A DNA stretch of 64,000 nucleotides from Octopus vulgaris. Lineage: Eukaryota. Positions 12,371 to 24,869 of the stretch are shown here, piece after piece. Below the pieces are notes generated by a model. It did not search any database and had not been told where the DNA came from. It saw only the letters and a list, made by a program, of their open reading frames with translations. The number at the start of each line of letters is the position of its first letter. The stretch's first letter is position 1. Made by a program: the position numbers and the translations under genes. The stretch spans positions 65,844,001 through 65,908,000 of the forward strand of contig OX597816.1 of the NCBI GenBank assembly GCA_951406725.2, in the 5' to 3' direction.

Positions 12371-13809
12371 AAATTGATAGTAATGGAGAATGGGGGACAT
12401 AACATAAATATTTACTGTCAAGTCTACATCTGCTGCCTCACCAGCCTCTTTGACTTTCTCTCACTTTTCTATCACTCTCTATTTTGCTTATTTTCTATAT
12501 AATCTATTAGTGAAAATAAAGAAAGCAATGATCTCTCCTGTCTGACCTTCTCACCTCTCTAACCCCACTCTTTTTTCCATGCACTGTCCCTTGACCTGTG
12601 TAATAATGATGGATGGTACTGGACCTATGCATATTTCAATCCCCACCTCAATCATCCTTTCTCAGGATTTTTTGAAGAGGATGCACAGTGGGAGGGTGGG
12701 ACACCATTAGAATGTATATTTAACTGAGTGTACTGGAAGTTGTGGAATGTAGTGCTTTCCTTAAGGGCGCTAGGCATTGTCCAGTCTAAGAATTAAAACC
12801 ATGATGTAACAGTCCACACCACTACACTACACACCTTCACTTACACACACACACACAAACACATACATCATACATATATACATTACATACATACATACAA
12901 ACAGGCTCCTCTATAGGGATGAAACATCCAATTTTTCACTGCTGTAAATTTTGAATTCAAAAGGTTGGGCTTCCAACCAGGCCTTTTGTGATACCCCTTA
13001 AAGCCTGCAACTTTTCAGCACCCTCTCATATGTCTATGACCCAATCTGCCTCTATAAAGCCAATCTGCCTCTATAAAACCTTCCCCCACCTGTCACCTTC
13101 TCTCTATTTTCTAACAAGAGTACTATTCAGCTTTCATTTCCTTTTGTGCTACTGCTTATCTTTGTCTTTGGAATCACTTCCTTTTGTCACCCATCTCACA
13201 TTTTCAGCATCATTCTCCCCTATATTATTCTTCACTTTAACATTAGATAACAAGTGGCACAGAATTTTTGTGCCCCTGTTATCTCTCCCATTCCCCTGAA
13301 CTATATCATATAATTGTTATTCCTCATCCTTGACACCCTCTCATATCTACCATGACAGCCCTCCATACCATTGTTCATCAGTATGCATGAATGCATACTG
13401 ACATTGCACATCCAAAATGTTACTCTTAGCAACATGTAGCATATAGAAATAAAGTCATTCTGGTTTGGTATTTGCCATTGCTGTGGTCCAGTCAGATGTG
13501 CTCCAAGACTGCCACTCTGTCCACACGTGCTAGTGATCATTCAATTATATTATTTATTTCAGCATAGCAAGAGCATCTCCCTTCATTGAACTAGCATAAT
13601 AGCACATGATATTCTCTCAGATTGATCTTTTGATCACACTTATACTTTAACAGTTGAAGCATACTCAAGCCCACATGAAGTGCCATACCAATTTAGAAGG
13701 CACTGTTGTTAATGAATAATTAATTAGCAATAGAAGTTATGAGGTTTATATGTAGAAAAATATGTAAGACATCTCCAGTTAACCATTCATCAGACATAGA
13801 ACTAAAATA

Positions 13810-13976
<167 letters not shown>

Positions 13977-14880
13977 CATATATGGGTACAGGATGTCGCC
14001 AACAGTAAATAACGTGAAATACGAAAACAAATGAGTTAAATGCACAAACAACAAGAGAAAAAATGGAAGACAGGACAAGTAACACAAAGAACAACAATAT
14101 GAGTCTTTGAAGACAGTTGCTCCCATAAATACCAAAATAAAATTTGGATTTACAGAGGGTCAAAGTTGGGAACAAAAGTAGGACGGTGGAGACATACAAT
14201 GAAACTGAATAAAAACAAACATGGAGAGTCATTAGACCAAAATAAGAGTAAAATAGAAATCGCTGGAGAAATATTTTCTTTGCAAAGAGAAAAGATAGAT
14301 GAGAGAGATAGATGTCCAGTCATTTGGACGTTCTGGAGGAAAAGAAAGATGGTCACGTGAGGAAAAGAAAAGTGGACGATAGTCACATGTGAGCAAATTT
14401 AAAGGGATTTGTTGTGCAAGAAGGTACAAAGTAAACTACAAAAGAAAAAGAAAGAAAACAAAGTAAAGTTTGAGTTTTACCTTGTATTTCAATATTTTGA
14501 AGTTATAACCCTTTCTTCAGGACATTTCTAAAAAGTGAAGGATGGAAATATCATTGCTCAGATGTGTTAAGAAGAAAGGAGGAAGGAAGAAGGTGACATG
14601 TGCAGACTGGTGTTGCTATAGTAACCAGTCAGCTTTATGTAGTTCCTTCCAGTTGTTAATGGCTGGTCTCAATTTGTTGATAAGGAGGGCTTCCATGATT
14701 CTGAGATTGTTCCTGTTACATTGAGTGACCCTGATGGATACCTTAAAATCCTGGATCTGGCACTTCTTTAGTTGTTCATCTATTGACATGCTAATGTGCT
14801 CTTTTATTTGAATGTGCATTTTTCTGATAGTACTCCCTATATAAGATGCCCTAGTTTTATTGCAGACTACTTTATATACC

Positions 14881-15109
14881 TATTTCTTTATTACCCACAA
14901 GGGGCTAAACACAGAGGGGACAAACTAGGACAGACATAGGTATTAAGTCGATTACATCGACCCCAGTGCGTAACTGGTACTTAATTTATCGACCCCGAAA
15001 GGATGAAAGGCAAAGTCGACCTCGGCGGAATTTGAACTCACAACGTAACGCAAACGAAATACCGCTAAGCATTTCACCCGGCGTGCTAACGTTTCTGCCA
15101 GCTCGCCGC
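14881..15109 (-). mobile_element. SINE family B
   Basis: TSD CTTTATATACC at 14870-14880 and 15110-15120. Confidence 0.9.
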
Positions 15110-15197
15110 CTTTATATACCACATAGGCCCTCAAGTATGTTTTGACTTTATTGATGAGAAATTGGACGGGACACACACACACATACACGTTTCTCAT

Positions 15198-15664
15198 TTC
15201 TTTATTGCCCACAAGGGGCTAAACATAGAGGGAACAAACAAGGACAGACAAACGGATTAAGTCGATTACATCGACCCAGTGCCTAACCGGTACTTAATTT
15301 ATCAAGGCAGCGAGCTGGCAGAAACGTTAGCACACCGGGAGAAATGCTTAGTGGTATTTCATCTGTCGCTACTTTCTGAGTTCAACTTCCACCGAGGTTG
15401 ACTTTGCCTTTCATCCTTTCGGAGTCGATAAATTAAGTACCAGTTACGCACTGGGGTCGATGTAATCGATTTAATCCATTTGTCTGTCCTTGTTTGTCCC
15501 CTCTGTGTTTAGCCCCTTGTGGGTAGTAAAGAAATAGGTACTTAATTTATCGACCCCTAAAGGGATGAAAGGCAAAGTCAACCTCAGCAGAATTTGAACT
15601 CAGAACGAAATACCACTAAGCATTTCGCCCAGTGTGCTAACATTTCTGCCAGTTTGCCGCCTTA
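15198..15664 (-). mobile_element. SINE family B with a second family B copy nested antisense (15304-15536)
   Basis: Outer TSD ACACATACACGTTTCTCAT (15179-15197, 15665-15683); inner TSD GGTACTTAATTTATC (15289-15303, 15537-15551). Confidence 0.9.
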
Positions 15665-16720
15665 ACACATACACGTTTCTCATCTGGTTGAAACAACTAT
15701 CAATTTTATTTCTTACACAAATACATGTTCATATGTTCATCACCTGTTTGTGTTTCTCTACTATCTCACTGAGCTTACATTTCATTGTACTAACATTGAC
15801 TGTAACAGCACTGAAAAGAAAACACAAAAACACATTCCTGATTGATTTGGGGATGGCTGGTTAAGGAGTGAGTGTTCATAATGTTACTGTATGCAGTACT
15901 AAGTAAATAGATGTACATTACTATTAATGTAGTTAGTGTTATACAATTTAGTATTCTGCATATTTGATTTAGCTGTTGTTTTACACTAGATATCCTTTTT
16001 TATCATTGACCATTAGGAAAGTGTACTGGGTATATTTAGAATACTAGCACTAGAATGGTTGTTACACAAAGAAAGGATTACATCCTATATTGATTTTTCT
16101 AAACAGATTACCTTCACTGTAGCATAAGGCATCCTGTTTCTCCTCTATTGTTGTTAGGGAAGTTTCCCTGAACACTCTCATGGGTAACTATATAGATACA
16201 AGTATAAATTATTTATCAAATCAATATCTCTCTCTCTGAGTGATATTGAAAAGTTAAGCCAATCTTGTAATCTTATACATTTATCCATAAAAACCTAAGG
16301 ACAATATCCTTGATATTAATGAATAAAAAGAAGTCATATGATTAGTGATTAGTCTGCTGGTGTTGTTGCAATTTTTATATAATAACAAAATGAAGTAATA
16401 ATTTAAGTAATTAAATTAAAGGGATATATACTGAGTACCATGTAATATGTATTCTTAATATTTTGATATTTCACAGTTGGAGAATGGAAAAAATAGTTTA
16501 CTAGTAATTGCTAACAATTCACACAAAAAAGGGAAGATGATTTGAACAAATTAAGAATTAATTACTCAAGTTATTTTATATACTTAGGGAACAAACATTC
16601 TGACTTTTGTTTGTAGGCAAGAGACAATAATGGCCGTGTATTTTTGCTCTATTTGACCTTCTCAGCATAAAACAGTTTATGCAGACCTTAGCTCATTCAT
16701 TTATATCTAAAAATGTTCAT

Positions 16721-17094
16721 GCATGGCTGTGTGGTAAGAAGCTTGCTTTCCAACCACATGGTTCCAGGTTCAGTCCCACTGCATGGCACCTCGGGCAAGT
16801 GTTGTCTAATTATAGCCTTGGGCCAACCAAAGCCTTATGAGTTGAAACTGAAAGAAGCCTGTTATATATACATGTGTGTGTTTGTGTCTATGTTTATCCC
16901 CTACCACCACTTGACAACTGATCTTGGTGTGTTTACATCCCCTTAACTTAGCAGTTCAGCAAAAGATATCAATAGAATAAGTGCCAGGCTTTAAAAAAAT
17001 GCATTGCGGTCAATTCATTCAACTTAAAATCCTTCAAGGCAGTGCCCCAGCAAGGGCTGCTGTTTAATGACTGAGACAAGTGAAAGGTAAAAGA
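16721..17094 (+). mobile_element. SINE family A (older subfamily)
   Basis: tggctgtgtggtaag...ggttcagtccc...gactgagacaagtgaaagg. Confidence 0.8.
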
Positions 17095-17884
17095 TATCTC
17101 TTTGCTTGTAAAGAAAGATCAGATTTCCCTTCCTTTTCCTTTCCCCTTCTTTTCCCTCTTAATTTCTTAAAATTATCCACCCCTTTCTTTTAAAATTGCT
17201 AACAACTAATGCTATATCTTTTTTTTCATTCTCCAACTTGGAATGAAATTTCAATAAATTTAGATTTTATTGCATACAGCATTCACTACAACAATCTTCA
17301 ACTTAATTAACCAAATTCATCAAGTGGCCCTTTTGAATTATTAATCTTTTAAGTGTTTTTCACTGAAGAAATTCATTCAAACTGGTGAGGTTTTACTCGT
17401 AGATTAATTCTACTGCACAACAGGTCTTGGTTTCATCAGTAGCATAACTCTTACTCTGTCTTCCTCGCCTACTATTACTCCATTCCTCACTAACACACAG
17501 ATAGTTGTACACCTACATATGGATACATGACTGACTGTCATTTGCATCAAGTGGCCAGTTTGCTTTTGTTCACTTGCTATTATCACAGCTTTGATTTTTG
17601 GCTCAGACTGAAATATTCTTTATTGACTGATGACCTTGTTATTTGAATGGAACAGAGAATTGGCTAAATCACATGACTGTTCTTGTAGTTATTTTCAGCC
17701 AATCAGGCTGTTTACTTTTGGCATGTTCTTTTTTCAGCGACTTGATTTTGGAGCCCAGCTTATTAATATAAAGAACCATTTTTGATCAAGAAATTAGATT
17801 CAGTCATTTGCAAGGAGACCCTGCACACTTTGACATAAATAGTTTTTGTACATGCACTCATAGGCTCATCTCAAAAATATAACA

Positions 17885-18453
17885 TTTTACTCTATTCTCT
17901 TATATGTTTCAGTCCAATGACTGTGGCCATGCTGGAGCACCGCCTTTAGTCAAGCAAATCGACCCCAGGACTTATTCCTTGGATGCCTAGTACTTATGCT
18001 ATTGGTCCCTTTTGCTGAACTGCTAGGTTATGGGGACGTAAACACACTAGCATCGGTTGTCAAGCGATGTGGGGGGGACAAACACAGACACACTAACATA
18101 TACACACACATACATATATATAAAAAGCACCCACTACACTCACGGAGTGGTTGGCATTAGGAAGGACATCCAGCTGTAAAAACACTGCCAGATCAGACTG
18201 AAGCCTGGTGCAGCCTCCTCACTTCCCAGACCCCGATCGAACCGTCCAACCCATGGAAAACGGATATTAAACGATGATGATGATATACGTATATACAATG
18301 GGCTTCTTTCAGTTTCCATCTACCAAATCCACTCACAAGACTTTGGTCAACCCGAGGCTATAGTAGAAGACACTTGCCCAAGGTGCCATGGAGTGGGACT
18401 GAACCCACAACCATGTGGTTCGTAAGCAAGCTACTTACCACACAGCCACTCCT
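17885..18453 (-). mobile_element. SINE family A with a family C 3' end nested antisense at 18121-18284
   Basis: Family A halves flank a (GAT)n-tailed insert placed in the internal TA tract. Confidence 0.85.
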
Positions 18454-18489
18454 AGTAAGCAATAATTGATTACAAATTATTTAATCAAA

Positions 18490-18679
18490 TATTAATAGTT
18501 ATCGCCAAGCTAATATGGCAGTCCATAAATATAGGACAAAAGCTGCCGTTGATTTGCTCCAAGAGGCCATCACCTCTAGCTAATCAACGGCAGCTTTCAT
18601 CCTATATTTATGAACTGCTATATTAGTTTGGCGATAACTAGTAATATCTAGTACCAGAGACTTAGAAATAATATTTCTA
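18490..18679. mobile_element. Palindromic insertion (about 70-bp arms) with 12-bp flanking direct repeat
   Basis: 18489-18558 pairs with 18578-18647. TATTTAATCAAA occurs at 18478-18489 and 18680-18691. Confidence 0.65.
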
Positions 18680-19802
18680 TATTTAATCAAAATCATGGTT
18701 GAATTAATAAGCTGCAAATGCTCTATCTTTCAGGCAGTTACATTCTGTCAACACTCTTTACTCCACAACACTTGGTGAACAAAACATCAAGTAGATGATT
18801 TATAATAAATAGTATTTTTGTAAATACAATCCATACTAGTTCTGCATGTATTTATACTTGTACACTGAATGCTTACTATTGTCTTTAATTGTGCAACGTT
18901 CTTCACTGCTATTATTATACATTATACACTGGGTTTAACATATTTCTATTAATGTGATTACTCAATTTCATTTTTTTTAACCTATATGCTTATGCTTTAC
19001 GCATAACAAAATGTAAAATTATGTATCTGATTTTTTTTTTAAGGTTTTAAATGTTAGTTGCTTATATTAAATATTTGCTGATCACTTACATGATTAGTAA
19101 AATGTTTTGAAATATCAGACAATTTCAGTCACTTCTATGAATTATCTATATGATCTTTTCAGCTACAAGACTTAAATGCATGATATTATGTAAAGTTCAT
19201 AAATAGATCCAGTTCTATAGTAACCTTACGTAGTAATTTTCATTTTCAATATTATATCAAAGTAAAATGTCTGCTAAATTTATTTATGGAAACTATTTTC
19301 AGCTTTACATTCTTTCTATAATTAAAATATCATAGATCAAATATTTAATGGTGTCATAAAATTAATTAATAATGTTTAAATTTCCTTTAATTTCAAAACT
19401 TCAAACTACATTTGTATTTATGTTGAATTATCTCACAGTAGGCATCATGATGTTTTTCAAAACCATAAAAATCCAATCTGATGTAATTGTTGAGGATTTA
19501 ATTCTTAATGACAGAATATACAATTTATCTACTGCTATTATTTAGCATAGATGTATATTTTTAGCTCACAGTTGTTTTTTTTCTTTCTTTTTTCTTTTTT
19601 TTTTAAATATTTATGTGATTCTTTTCTATATAGAAATATAATGTCATACGATGTTGAAACTGTGATGACATTTGGTTGTAATTGATGAGGGTTTGAGCAT
19701 GTCCATATTCATTGTATATTTTTTTCCTGCTTTTCTGTATACTTCTTTGTTGTTCCTTTGTGCCACATTTCTGTTATAATATCTTAATATTTTTATTAAC
19801 AG

Positions 19803-20530
19803 GTAATATGGTCATGCAATTTATGTCGTAAAAAGCAAGAGATTTTAGCAAAAACTGGGGCTTGGTATCATGGCGGTATGGCACGACCTGTTGCTCTTGA
19901 TGTCGGTGATACCGCTTCTGGTAGTGAAACAGCTTCTACAAAAACAGATGTCAGCCCACCGAATGAAAAGAAAGCAAAGATTTTAGCAAAACAACAAACT
20001 GACAATGGGGCTAGTTCTGAAAAAGAAAATATTGATAAAAAGTCTGTTTCTCGATCAGGGAGTTTACAAAACCGTGGTTTAAAGCGTCAGTATTCATTGT
20101 CTGAAGTCCAAGGAAATAAGCAAAATGATTTGAAAGATCGACCAACAGATAATACCAGTGGAACTATTGTATCTGAGAAAGAAAAACTTCGAGAAAAAGG
20201 TCAGTTGCAAGACCGTGGCAGAGATGTAGAACGTGGACCATCTGCTCGAGGAAGCAATGTTGAAGGCTCAAAACATCATGATGGAAAAGTACATTCAAGA
20301 GAGGAATCTGCCAGGCGTTATGATAAGCGTTCAGACAGAGATAAATCACACGAAAAAGATGAAAGGATTAGGGAGAAACATCAAGGACGTTTCAGGGAAG
20401 GTTCTACTGATAGATTTAATGATGAAAAACGTGTAGATCATTCTGGACGAGAAACTGGAGATCATTACCATGAAAGAGATCAACGAAAACCTAGGGATTC
20501 ATCTCGAGAACCATCGAGAGATAGATTAAA
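19803..20530 (+). CDS. RIMS: RIM/RIMS internal coding exon: end of zinc finger, GAWY Rab3-binding motif, long charged linker
   Basis: Acceptor ttttattaacAG (19801-19802). Reads VIWSCNLCRKKQEILAKTGAWYHGG (compare RIM VMWVCNLCRKQQEILTKSGAWF) and runs into ORF 19878-20534. Donor AA|GTAAGT at 20531 (phase 2). In frame with exon 5232-5439. Confidence 0.95.
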
Positions 20531-21849
20531 GTAAGTAGCTGCAATTTTCCTTTTTATAATTAAATTTTTTAAATGTTGATTCTGAAATTTCATATTTTAG
20601 TTGTTTTCTGAGTCATTAAAAAAAACAACAGAAATAACACACCAAGATTTCTTACAAATATTAAGGAAATATGTAGTTGATTGCAATGGCCCCAGAAATT
20701 ACTAGGATTTATTTTATTGATGTTGAGTAGAGGAATCGTGAAATCTATGCCTGTGGGATTTTAACTTATAACTTTTTATTTCAATTTTACATAAAAAAGG
20801 AACAATTAAAAAAGGACAAAATTTAATATTTTCTTCATATGTTTCTGTAATCTATTATCTCATTTCTATTACACACTATTATTGTTAAACTTTATTCATA
20901 TATATATTATCTTGGACATTATTTGAAAGAAAGACATTTTTTTTATAACTGTGTTGCAGTTGTTTTTGTTTAAAAATATTTCATGATTAATGAAACAATA
21001 TCATCATCAACACTTTTATGTTCAGTTTTCATTGATGATATGAGTTGGCCAAATTTGTTGGTGTGGTTGTGAACAAATGAAATAATAAGACTGGCACTAT
21101 CTGTGCCAGTCTCCTTGTCTTTGGTCCTGACACCACTTCATCCCACATCTTCACTTTTACTCTGCTTCAGGTACCCTTCACATATTTTGTTGTCATACCC
21201 ATCTTAGACAACTCTCTCTCTTTGATGTAGGCTAATATTTCATTTTCAAATGAAGCATACTTTACACTATCTGAATCTAAAATATATAGTATTTAGATCT
21301 GTATTGCAATATTTTTCTCATTTTCTAGTTTAATTTCTTTTTTTTTTTTTAATTATGAAAAGTTGTTGTCAAAGGAAATTATACAACATTCATGAATTTT
21401 GAAAGCTCTATCTTACTGGTGATGCTGCTTTAGTTTTTGTTCTAAACTTCTGTAGGTTGAAAATTGTAGGAAAGTATAATCCAAGAGGGAGTCCAGTGAG
21501 CTGAAATTTTGGAATTAGAAGACTAGGCAAAGCATTTAGCATGGGGTTTGTTGTGTGAAACTGGCAGTGGAAAAGATAGAGAAATACAGAGAAATGCATG
21601 GCAGTAGTTATAAAATACTTGTGAATAAATGCTTTCCTGTCACCCAGATGACTTTTTTTATGTATGTATCACCATAACCCTCTTAGATATATTAGAAACT
21701 GAACACAGCTGAAGTATTTTCTGGCCTTAACAAGGAAACCTAGTCTTTGAAATGCAGTTTTTGCATATTTTGTATGTACAGTTTGGGTCAGTTTGGCAAA
21801 CTGCAGTTCATAGGCTGCATGTGACCTGCAGGACTTTCTTAGTGACACC

Positions 21850-22291
21850 TTTTACGCTTTTACTTGTTTCAGTCATTTGACTGTAGCCATGCTGGAGCAC
21901 CGCCTTTAGTCAAGTAAATCGACCCCAGGACTTATTCTTTGTAAGCCTAGTACTTATTCTATCGGTCTCTTTTGCCGAACCGCTACGTTACAGGGACGTA
22001 AACACACCAGCATTAGTTGTCAAGTGATGTTGGGGGACAAACACAGACACACAAACACACACACACACGCACGCACACACACACACGCACACACATATAT
22101 ACAATGGGTTTCTTTCAGTTTCTGTCTACCATATCCACTCACAAGGCTTTGGTTGGCCTGAGGCTATAGTAGAAGACACTTGCCCAAGGTGTCATGCAGT
22201 GGGACTGAACGCAGAACCACGTGGTTCGTAAGCAAGCTACTTACCCCACAGCCACTCCTATGCCTACTTACCACACAGCCACTCCTACACC
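21850..22291 (-). mobile_element. SINE family A with duplicated 5' end
   Basis: ctacttacc(c/a)cacagccactccta is repeated twice at 22237-22287. Confidence 0.85.
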
Positions 22292-23532
22292 TAATGAAAA
22301 ATTACCTTGAATTTTTTTAGTAGTGCAGCTCTCCTGGTAAGGAGCTATATCTCGTGTAACCTGCTTCTTGAGAAAAGTTGTCCATGCCTGGCTTAGGTCG
22401 TCATATTATTAACATATATTTTGAATTCTTTACAGAAACAGGGTAAATTTCATGTATCTAGAGTGTGTGTAAATGGCACCTGCATGTGGATGGTTTAGGA
22501 TGAGTGAAAGATTGTTTCATATATGTAATAGAATGTGTTGTAGAAGTAGTGGTGAAACACAGTCAAAGGCTCAAGGGTAGCAGCATTGTTATCATGAAAG
22601 TTCTCAAATCAACAAACCATTGTTTCATGATATAGGAAAATAGATCTCTTGTAAATTTGGGTTCACAGAAACCATACTAGTAATGGTTGAAAAGGGAAAG
22701 AGAGACTTCTCACAAGGAATCTAAAATGGCAAACTAGTAAAAAGAAAAAAATAAATAAATAAAAATTTAAAAATCAGATGATATTTTAATGTTGTTCACA
22801 AAGGCTGCTTTGTTGCAAATACTGATCAGTCAGTCAGTTAAGAGAACTCTTAGATTCTTCATATATTTACTCCCTACCTGTACTGTTATATTGGTGAGAT
22901 GTTCTCTTAGGAACACCTCACCTCGAAATAGTAGCTTTAAGGAGACTTGATCATGTGGAAGGTGAAATTGAAGTCAAAAAGCAAGAGACAAAAATGTTCG
23001 ATTTTGCAATTGGAGTGCATCTGACAGAAGCTGGATTTTCCTGCAGGAAATGCTGCTGAAATAATCATTAAGAAATTAATTAGATCCATCTCAGAGTTAC
23101 CCTCATATTTATACTAAAGTAATATATCAAATTGCAATACTGTTTTAGTGTCTTTACATATGAGAAGAAAGCTTATTTGAATAAGTTCACTAGATTTTTA
23201 ATTTTCCAAACAAATTCCATTTATGATATTTTCTTTATTACTTCCTTTAAAGTACTTTTGTATATATTTAAAAGAGAGAAACGTCTTTTTATTGTTAAAA
23301 CTGGGTTTTAAAATGTTTAAATATAACAAAAAATAAACAGAAACTATACTTTTGTTTGCTGTCAGCTTTGTTTCAGTCTCTGCACAGCATTTACTCAGCT
23401 CAGTAAAACTAATTCAAAAATCTTCTTCACTCCATCACATATACACAGTCACTAAGCACAAAATCTTTTCCAACAAAAATAATCGATAAGCCCAACAAAA
23501 TAATTGATCCCAATCCCAATGGTATCCCTTCT

Positions 23533-23763
23533 TATTTCTTTATTGCCCACAAGGGGCTAAACATAGAGGGGATAAACAAGGATAGACAAAGGGATATATC
23601 GATTACATCGACCCCCAGTGTGTAACTGGTACTTAATTTATCGACCCCGAAAGGATGAAAGGCAAAGTCGACCTCGGCGGAATTTGAACTCAGAACAACG
23701 GCAGACGAAATACTGCTAAGCATTTAGCCCGGCATGCTAACATTTCTGCCAGCTCGCTGCCTT
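23533..23763 (-). mobile_element. SINE family B
   Basis: 19-bp TSD TCCCAATGGTATCCCTTCT at 23514-23532 and 23764-23782. Confidence 0.9.
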
Positions 23764-24564
23764 TCCCAATGGTATCCCTTCTAATACCTCCAAACACTGT
23801 GTTACAGGGTTAATCTTACACACTTATCAAATTCTTTAATCCTTAAGGCTTTATAGTAATCAATTCAAGTTTATGGAAATACACTATAGCTTTCATTCCC
23901 ATAAGGAGCAACCATTCTGACTACCAATTTCATATCTCACTTCTAACCACTCAAAATCCTAAACAATCATCCCTTTCGTTATTTTGTGTTTGTCCAACCT
24001 TATAGACTATCACCAATGGTATTTCACTCTTGAGAACTTTGGTAATGCTGTTGCCTTGACATAGGCAAAACTTTTCTCTGGATCCAGCATAAGAACCTCA
24101 AAGCTTACTAATTTTTCATTGCCTCTCTCTCATTTCTTGGGTCGGTTTTTCTCTGCCAGCATGTACTGATAGAGCTCTTTCCAGCCTAACCATGGAGTAC
24201 AACAGCGGTGTACTCCATAGTTTGGTCATATCTTCTAAATGCATCTTTCTGTAGAACACAATCTGTTTGCAATTAATTCTAACACAACTTAGGCAGATGA
24301 TGCCATTTTTCACTCTCTAATTTTATACGCACAGCTTTCATTTGCATGCTAGACAAGCTCTAACTACTTCCATGAACAGAGCCCTATCCTTCAACGAGGA
24401 CATGACAATCTAATCTTTAAAAGACTGTTGCTACATACTGTGGAAGCAATTCCACAACGTTGCTTTTCTCTACTTGTGAACACAGTGCAAGTGAAATTAC
24501 TGTTGATTACAAATGCTTGGCTCTGGAACATCTGATATATTTAATAGTGGCTACATAGCTATAA

Positions 24565-24869
24565 GTGGAGGCACATGGTCTAGTGGTTAGAGCAGCAGAC
24601 TGATGGTTGAGGGATCGCGGGTTTGAATCTCAGACCAGGCGATGTGTTTGTTTATGAGTGAAACACCTAAGCTCCACATGGCTCCGGCAGAAGGTAATGG
24701 CGAACTTCTGCTGACTCTTTCGCCATAACTTTCTCTCACTCTTTCCTTCTGAATTTTGCAGTTCACCTGCAACGGACCAGCATCCCATCCAGGTGGGGAA
24801 CCTATATGCCAAGGAAACTGAGAAACCAGCCCTTATGAGCCAGGCATGGTTCAAGAAGGGACAAACAAA
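24565..24869 (+). mobile_element. SINE family D
   Basis: TSD ACATAGCTATAA at 24553-24564 and 24870-24881. Confidence 0.85.

Larger units (their letters stand above)
13988..15870 (-). mobile_element. Degenerate Penelope-like retroelement 3' region (GIY-YIG endonuclease remnant) interrupted by SINEs; boundaries approximate
   Basis: After removing the SINE at 14881-15109, the minus strand reads ...KTYLRAYVVYKVVCNKTRASYIGSTIRKMHIQIKEH...LRIMEALLINKLRPAIN (VVY...YIG motif). A decayed hammerhead follows at about 14490-14522 and the element ends at a (TA/TG)n tract. Confidence 0.7.

Noticed and set aside
19620-19660. Alternative acceptor upstream of the linker exon
   Set aside because: In-frame TGA after 7 codons and no donor.
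19878-20534. 218-aa ORF as a standalone gene
   Set aside because: It is the body of an internal RIM exon. The frame is open upstream to the acceptor at 19803, and the stop lies within the GTAAGT donor.
24000-24400. Possible LTR-retrotransposon coding remnant (ORF 24116-24313)
   Set aside because: Too degenerate to assign by eye; needs a translated search.
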